Source: Parcubacteria group bacterium Licking1014_17
GTDB lineage: Bacteria; Patescibacteriota; Minisyncoccia; 2-02-FULL-40-12; IGHO2-01-FULL-4-A
Length of the DNA: 64,000 nucleotides
Direction of reading: 5' to 3'
Assembly (NCBI GenBank): GCA_007376485.1
Contig: VMGJ01000006.1
Span: forward strand, 779 to 64,778
Part shown: positions 58,375 to 64,000 of the stretch, in pieces
Layout of the letters: every line of letters starts with the position of its first letter
How positions within the stretch are numbered: position 1 is the stretch's first letter
Position numbers and translations under genes: made by a program
The notes under the pieces: model-generated
Database searches by the model: none
Told to the model about the DNA's origin: nothing
What the model saw: the letters and a program-made list of their open reading frames with translations, nothing else

Positions 58375-59661
58375 ATGATTCACCACAAAAAATATAATCT
58401 TCAGACTTTGGAGACGGGGTTGAGATTAATCACGGTGCCGATGGAAGGCACCAAGACCGCGACGGTTCTGGTTTTGGTTGGCGCCGGCTCGCGTTACGAG
58501 GACAAAAAAATCAACGGTATATCGCATTTTCTGGAGCATATGATATTCAAGGGCACGAAAAAGCGCCCGAACACGTTGGCGATAGCAAAAGAAATGGATT
58601 CAATCGGCGCCGAATACAACGCTTTCACTTCCAAAGAATACACCGGCTACTACGCCAAGTGCGCCTCGGACAAAATTAATACGGCCATAGACGTAGTGTC
58701 GGACATTTTTCAAAATTCGCTTTTTGACGGGGAGGAAATCGGCAAGGAGAAGGGAACGATAAAGGAAGAAATAAATATGCATCACGACAATCCCGCCTGG
58801 CACGTCTCGGAGATTTACGAAGCGACCATGTTCGGCAACCATCCTTTGGGATGGGACGTGGCGGGGGAGAAGGAAATCATTGACGGTCTAGAGAGGCAGA
58901 ATTTCGTTGATTATTTCAACACCCATTATTTCACGCAGAATACCATCGTTGTTTTGGCCGGCGATATTAATCCCGAAGCCGCGGCAAGAAAAATTTCCGA
59001 CTGCTTCCTGAAAGCCAGGCAGGGAAAGATGATAAAACCGATGCCTTTTTCGCCGACCCAGAAAAAACCGGCGATGAAGATATTCAGTAAAAAAACCGAC
59101 CAGACCCACATGGTAATCGGATTCAGGGCTTATCACCGCCTGCATCCGAAAATGGACGCCCTCCAGCTTTTGTCCGTAATTTTGGGCGGGAGCATGAGTT
59201 CAAGATTATTCATGGAAGTGAGAGAAAGGCGCGGACTGGCTTATGCCGTGAGGACTTCCGCCGACGGGCTTGACGAAACCGGAGATTTTTCCACTTACGC
59301 CGGAGTGACCAATGATAAAGTCGCCACGGCAATTGAAGTTATTTTGGACGAGCATAAAAAAATAATTAAGGATTCGGTGCCGGAAGAGGAACTGAAAAAA
59401 GCGAAGGATTGCACCAAGGGGAGATTTGTCATCGGGCTTGAATCGTCCGATGAAGTCGCTTCATATTATGGCGGACAGCTTCTGCTTGAGAAAAGAATTT
59501 TAACTCCCAGTGAAAGAATGGAAAGAATCGACAAAGTTACCGTGAGGGATATTCAGGAAGTGGCGAAGGATGTTTTTACCGCCGACAAGCTGAACCTCGC
59601 CATTGTCGGTTCTTTCAAAGAAAACGATGAGGGTATTGCTAAAGCGTTTAATTCATTTTAA
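58375..59661 (+). CDS. M16 (pitrilysin) family peptidase
   Basis: HFLEH, NAFT, SSRLF.EVRERRGLAY. Confidence 0.95.
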   Translation: MIHHKKYNLQTLETGLRLITVPMEGTKTATVLVLVGAGSRYEDKKINGISHFLEHMIFKGTKKRPNTLAIAKEMDSIGAEYNAFTSKEYTGYYAKCASDKINTAIDVVSDIFQNSLFDGEEIGKEKGTIKEEINMHHDNPAWHVSEIYEATMFGNHPLGWDVAGEKEIIDGLERQNFVDYFNTHYFTQNTIVVLAGDINPEAAARKISDCFLKARQGKMIKPMPFSPTQKKPAMKIFSKKTDQTHMVIGFRAYHRLHPKMDALQLLSVILGGSMSSRLFMEVRERRGLAYAVRTSADGLDETGDFSTYAGVTNDKVATAIEVILDEHKKIIKDSVPEEELKKAKDCTKGRFVIGLESSDEVASYYGGQLLLEKRILTPSERMERIDKVTVRDIQEVAKDVFTADKLNLAIVGSFKENDEGIAKAFNSF

Positions 59662-59669
59662 AATAAATC

Positions 59670-60713
59670 GTGGCCATAGATAGCCAGCAAACAGAAATCA
59701 CGGTAAAGACCGAAACAGTCCTTAGATTAGCAGGTCTGGTTTTGCTTTTCGTTTTGCTTTATATGCTCCGCGATGTCGTGGTTATCGTCCTGATAGCCAT
59801 ATTCCTGGCGTCGGCGTTGAATCCGCTTGTCAATTGGCTTGAAACCAAAAAAATACCGCGGCTCCTCGGCGTTTTGATTATTTACGTGACATTCTTCGGT
59901 ATTGTAACTGTGCTTTTGTCCCTGATAGTGCCAATCGTGTCTTACGAGCTGAATCAGCTTCTGTCATCTCTGCCTAAAATCGCTTCCTCGGCAAGCGCCG
60001 CCGGCTCTTCGTATTATTCAGACGCCCTTAAAGAAATTCAGAATGTCCTGAATAATCTAACGCAGTTTCTGACTCTGTCCTCGAAATCAATCCTTAATCT
60101 TGTAATCGGCATTTTCGGCGGCGTCATATCTTTTCTGGCGATTGTCATCATATCTTTTTATTTTTCGGTAATGAAGCAGGGCGTGGCGTCATTTATCAGG
60201 TCCATATTGCCGGAGAAATATGAAGATTACGTAGTGGAGTTATGGGCGAGGTCGGAGCGCAAAATCGGGCGCTGGTTCCAGGGGCATCTGCTGTTGGCGA
60301 TTTCAGTCGGGCTTTTGGTGTATGTCGGCTTGTCGCTGTTCCATCTGAAATACGCGCTGATTTTGGGAATAATCGCGATGGTTTTTGAAATCGTGCCGGT
60401 GGCGGGACCGGTTCTGTCCGCGATTCCGGCCGTGATTTTTGCTTTCATCCAATCTCCGGTTCTCGCGATATGGATTATTGTTTTTTATATTATTGTCCAT
60501 CAGATTGAAAGCAATGTTATCGCGCCGCTGACGCTGGGCAAAGCCACCGGGCTTAGTCCGGTCGTGGTTATAATAGCCATACTGGCGGGCGTAAAACTTG
60601 ACGGGATTTTGGGAATAATTCTGGCGGTGCCGATGGCGGTGGTTATAGTGGAACTGTTTGAAGATTTGGCGCGGGGCAAAGAAAGCCGCAAAGCCCAGGT
60701 AATAAACTCTTAA
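59670..60713 (+). CDS. AI-2E family transporter
   Basis: Multi-TM protein; IVP..GP, QIESN...P, GI.G.ILAVP. Confidence 0.9.
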   Translation: MAIDSQQTEITVKTETVLRLAGLVLLFVLLYMLRDVVVIVLIAIFLASALNPLVNWLETKKIPRLLGVLIIYVTFFGIVTVLLSLIVPIVSYELNQLLSSLPKIASSASAAGSSYYSDALKEIQNVLNNLTQFLTLSSKSILNLVIGIFGGVISFLAIVIISFYFSVMKQGVASFIRSILPEKYEDYVVELWARSERKIGRWFQGHLLLAISVGLLVYVGLSLFHLKYALILGIIAMVFEIVPVAGPVLSAIPAVIFAFIQSPVLAIWIIVFYIIVHQIESNVIAPLTLGKATGLSPVVVIIAILAGVKLDGILGIILAVPMAVVIVELFEDLARGKESRKAQVINS

Positions 60714-60722
60714 AATTTAATT

Positions 60723-60794
60723 GCCGGAGTAGCTCAATGGCAGAGCAATCGCTTCGTAAGCGATAGGTTGTGAGTTCAAGTCTCACCTCCGGCT
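60723..60794 (+). tRNA. tRNA-Thr(CGT), CCA not encoded
   Basis: Full cloverleaf GCCGGAG/CTCCGGC, anticodon arm ATCGC-TTCGTAA-GCGAT, T-loop TTCAAGT. Confidence 0.96.
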
Positions 60795-60796
60795 CA

Positions 60797-60944
60797 TGGA
60801 GCGAGCCAATTTATTGGCTCGCGTTGAGGCTTGAACGGCGGAACGATGTCCCGAGCGCAGTCGGCGCGAGGGACAGTGAGCCGGTGGCTAGGCCAAGCCG
60901 GCGGAAGCCGGCGAGAGCCGAAGCCAAGTCTCACCTCCGGCTCA
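60797..60944 (+). repeat. T-arm-mirroring element with a 20-bp duplicated tRNA 3' end
   Basis: CAAGTCTCACCTCCGGCTCA at 60777-60796 and 60925-60944; inverted T-arm TGAGGCTTGAAC at 60825. Confidence 0.75.
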
Positions 60945-61103
60945 AAATTTTCAATCAAGTCAACTACACAAAGCTGAAGTCTGGGAGTTGACTAATTATT
61001 TGATATATTATACGATTAGCGTTAGCTTTTTTACATCTTATTAAACGGGAAGTTTTAAATCCATGTCGCGATGATATCGCGCAATCATAGAAAGGAGGAT
61101 TTC

Positions 61104-61295
61104 ATGGACATTAAGATTTTCGGACTTCCAATGGGGGAATTCAGTAAAATGTTGATTGCTGAGGCGATAGATAAAGCACCACTTTGTACCGAAATCTCGC
61201 CTATTCCCATCCGTTTTGTTGACTCGTCAACCTATGTGCAAGGCAAAGGGGGTGGCAATAATGATTCGGGTCGAGGTAGACATGACAGGCGATGA
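61104..61295 (+). CDS. small hypothetical protein
   Basis: Strong RBS AAAGGAGG. Confidence 0.4.
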   Translation: MDIKIFGLPMGEFSKMLIAEAIDKAPLCTEISPIPIRFVDSSTYVQGKGGGNNDSGRGRHDRR

Positions 61296-61461
61296 TTCCT
61301 CTCATGACCATAAACAAATTGCCACAACTATTGCTGATGTACTGGGCGAGGGGGCTTGTGGATACTTCCGGAGCTCTGTGGTTGTTACTGTGGTTACCTC
61401 GTTGTTGGGTGATGAGATGGCTCCTCGTGTCTCCAAGCTCTATCCCGAAGAACCCAAGTAG
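61261..61461 (+). CDS. small hypothetical protein
   Basis: RBS-like AAAGGGGGTGG; followed by a terminator-like hairpin near 61500-61530. Confidence 0.35.
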   Translation: MIRVEVDMTGDDSSHDHKQIATTIADVLGEGACGYFRSSVVVTVVTSLLGDEMAPRVSKLYPEEPK

Positions 61462-61556
61462 TGCTAATCTAACACCCTGGATTTCCTCGTCCAAATTGTC
61501 CCGTGCGCGTTCGGCGGGGCTTTTTTATTTTCAAATATTTTGATACAATATTATTA

Positions 61557-62622
61557 ATGCAGGATTTGCGGTCGCTAATTCAGGAAATGCAAAGCAAGTT
61601 CCCGGCTGTCCGGGAGCGTCTTTGACTTAGACGGAATCAAAAAACGAGCGGCGGAAGTGGAAAAAGAAATGGCTGACCCGGCGTTTTGGTCCGACCGCCA
61701 AAGAGCCGGCGCTCTTTCAAAAGAATTATCGGGCTTAAAGGAAGAAGCCGCCTTTTGGGAGCATTTTGAAAACCATTTGGAAGATTATGCCGGAAAAACG
61801 AGCGAGGAACTTGCCGTACTGGAGAAAGAAATTATAGATTTCAAAAGGAACTTTGAAAAACAATACCTGAAACTTTTTCTTTCGGGCAAGTACGACAGGG
61901 GCGATGCGATTGTTTCTTTCCATTCGGGAGCCGGCGGAGTGGACGCGCAGGATTGGACTTCAATGCTCGTGCGCATGTTTGAGCGCTACTGCGAGCGTGA
62001 AAGTTTTGAACACACCTTACTGAACCGTTCGGAAGGGGAGCAGGGCGGCGTCAAAAATGCCGTGCTTGAGGTGAGAGGGCGCTATGCCTACGGTTACCTG
62101 AAAGGCGAATCCGGTGTTCATCGCCTCGTGAGAATTTCTCCTTTTTCGGCGAAAGCCCTGCGGCATACGTCGTTCGCGCTTGTTGATGTCCTGCCGGTTC
62201 TGGAAAAAGAAGCCGTTGCCATCAATCCCGCGGACATAGAAACGGATACTTTCCGTTCTTCCGGTCCCGGCGGGCAGAACGTGAATAAGCTTGAAACGGC
62301 GGTCAGGATAAAGCACATCCCCACCGGAATCACAGTGGCGGTGCAGTCGGAACGTTCGCAGGCACAGAACAAAGACAAAGCAATGGGCTTGCTTCAATCG
62401 CGTTTAGCTAGTTTAATGGAGAAGTACCGCGTAAAGGAACTGTCGGAGCTTAAGGCGAAAATCGGAGCGGGCGAAATTGAATGGGGAAGCCAGATTCGCT
62501 CGTACGTGCTGAACCCTTACAAACTGGTAAAAGATCACCGGACGGGAGTTGAAGATTCAAATCCGGATAGGGTTCTTGACGGCGATATCGAAAAGTTTAT
62601 TGAAAAAGAAATAATAAGCTAA
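61557..62622 (+). CDS. prfB: peptide chain release factor 2 with a programmed +1 frameshift
   Basis: ORF0 MQDLRS...RERL, then CTT TGA C at 61620-61626 with internal SD GGGAG; SPF and GGQ motifs. Confidence 0.96.
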
Positions 62623-62646
62623 GAACGTGAGAATAAGATTAGACTC

Positions 62647-62778
62647 GGAGTGTTTCGCCTCAAATCACCATTCGCCCGCCCAGCGAGCGGGCTTATTCAG
62701 GTTAGACCTCAAATTCCTTCGGCGAGCTCATGACCATGCAATTTGAGGTCTAAACAGTGCTTTGAAGCAAAACACTCC
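62647..62778 (+). repeat. structured dispersed element, copy D
   Basis: GGAGTGTTT/AAACACTCC outer stem; GCCCGC-CCAGCGA-GCGGGC hairpin; ACCATGC bulge. Confidence 0.7.
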
Positions 62779-62839
62779 TATCAAGTATCAAATTTGAGGA
62801 AGAATCGGGTATTATATTGGGGCATAAACACATTATCAA

Positions 62840-63523
62840 ATGATTAAATTTCAAAACGTAAGGAAGGTTTATGAGCCGAACAACGTGGTTTTGGACAAGA
62901 TTAATCTTGAAATAAAACAAAGCGAGTTTGTGTCGCTGGTGGGGCTTTCAGGCGCCGGCAAATCAACGCTCATGAAAATGCTGACTAAGGAAGAATTGCC
63001 GACTACGGGAAAGGTTTACGTCGAGGGTGTGGATATAGCGACGATAAAAAACAACGAGATTCCGTTTTTCCGCAGGAATATCGGGACGATTTTTCAGGAC
63101 TTCAAACTGCTCGCCCAAAAAACGGCTTATGAAAACGTGGCTTTCGCGATGGAGGTTTCGGACGCTTCGGAAGAAGACATTAAGCGCGACGTGCCCCAGA
63201 TTTTGAATATTGTCGGTTTGGCGGACAAACTGGATAATTTCCCCCACCAGCTTTCGGGAGGGGAGAAACAGCGTCTGGCTATCGCCCGGGCGCTGATTCA
63301 CAGGCCGAAAATCCTTTTGGCGGACGAGCCAACCGGGAATCTGGACCTGGTGAACGCCTATGATGTGGTAAAATTGCTTATGAAGATAAACGAACTGGGC
63401 ACCACCGTCTTGCTTGCCACCCACGACACGAATATAGTGAACACGATAGGTAAGAGGGTCGTAAGCATGGACAGCGGCAAAATTGTCAGAGACCAGCACA
63501 AATCGGGGCGTTACATAATTTAA
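62840..63523 (+). CDS. ftsE: cell division ATP-binding protein FtsE
   Basis: GLSGAGKST, FQDFKLL, LSGGEKQR, ADEPTGNLD, ATHD. Confidence 0.95.
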   Translation: MIKFQNVRKVYEPNNVVLDKINLEIKQSEFVSLVGLSGAGKSTLMKMLTKEELPTTGKVYVEGVDIATIKNNEIPFFRRNIGTIFQDFKLLAQKTAYENVAFAMEVSDASEEDIKRDVPQILNIVGLADKLDNFPHQLSGGEKQRLAIARALIHRPKILLADEPTGNLDLVNAYDVVKLLMKINELGTTVLLATHDTNIVNTIGKRVVSMDSGKIVRDQHKSGRYII

Positions 63524-63524
63524 T

Positions 63525-64000
63525 ATGAAGAAATCAATATTAAGAATATTAAAATCGGGCTGGACTAATTTTTCAAGAAACAGCTATTTGAGCGTTGCCG
63601 CGACGGCGATTATTGCCTTGACGCTGATTTTATTTCTTGGGCTTATCACGTTAAGATTTTTAACGAGTAGAATTACGGTCGCGCTGGAAAATAAAATTGA
63701 CATCAGCGCCTATTTTAAAACCGATGCCGCCGAAGACCAAATTTTGCAGATAAAGTCGGATTTAATGAGCCAACCAAGCGTGGAGTCGGTTGAATACGTT
63801 TCCAAAGAGCAGGCGCTTGAGCAGTTCAAGAGCCGGCACGCGGGGGACAAGCTGATTCAGGATTCGCTTTCCCAGCTGGATTTCAATCCGCTGACGGTCC
63901 CGACCGGCATCCCCGCTCCCTATCCGACGGGTATTTCCGGGGATGGCTCGGTGATCGTCGGCGGTCCGGAAGATAACGGCGGCAGCACCGTGGGCAGCGC
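63525..64000 (+). CDS. ftsX: FtsX permease (partial; sequence after ~63893 looks foreign)
   Basis: MKKSILRILKSGWTNFSRN..LS.A...TM...YVSKEQALE.F...NPL. Confidence 0.85.
   Translation, partial: MKKSILRILKSGWTNFSRNSYLSVAATAIIALTLILFLGLITLRFLTSRITVALENKIDISAYFKTDAAEDQILQIKSDLMSQPSVESVEYVSKEQALEQFKSRHAGDKLIQDSLSQLDFNPLTVPTGIPAPYPTGISGDGSVIVGGPEDNGGSTVGS

Overview
Chromosomal fragment of a small-genome bacterium, most likely Patescibacteria/CPR (Parcubacteria-like). This is inferred from gene content: homodimeric GlyRS, IleRS with a histidine-phosphatase insert, the rpsO-NYN-pnp order and many PT-repeat surface proteins. Genetic code 11. The backbone is housekeeping: ddl, recG, holA, mutM, polA, tsaE, nfo, comM, pnp, rpsO, xerC/D, ssrA/smpB, htrA, argS, ileS, recO, glyS, tRNA-Thr(CGT), frameshifted prfB and ftsEX. 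An accessory region at about 41.7-58.3 kb starts at a duplicated glyS 3' end. It holds a putative RiPP system with two Cys-rich precursor peptides (60 aa at 46689-46871, and 45 aa at 49411-49548, which the ORF track misses), two radical SAM/SPASM enzymes (one with a C-terminal RRE-like domain), three HExxH proteins and two transglutaminase-fold Cys-His-Asp proteins, linked by repeated promoter/terminator blocks. Non-coding signals include a dispersed family of 5-6 covarying three-way-junction elements (CCAGCG loop, ACCRWGC bulge), homologous T-arm-mirroring elements behind tRNA-Thr and tmRNA, a 277-bp GIY-YIG mini-element with TIRs and a TGAA duplication, three parS-like sites flanked by two TGTCA arrays, and a candidate stand-alone ncRNA. 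The last ~107 bp look chimeric. All calls come from reading the sequence by eye; no database searches were run.
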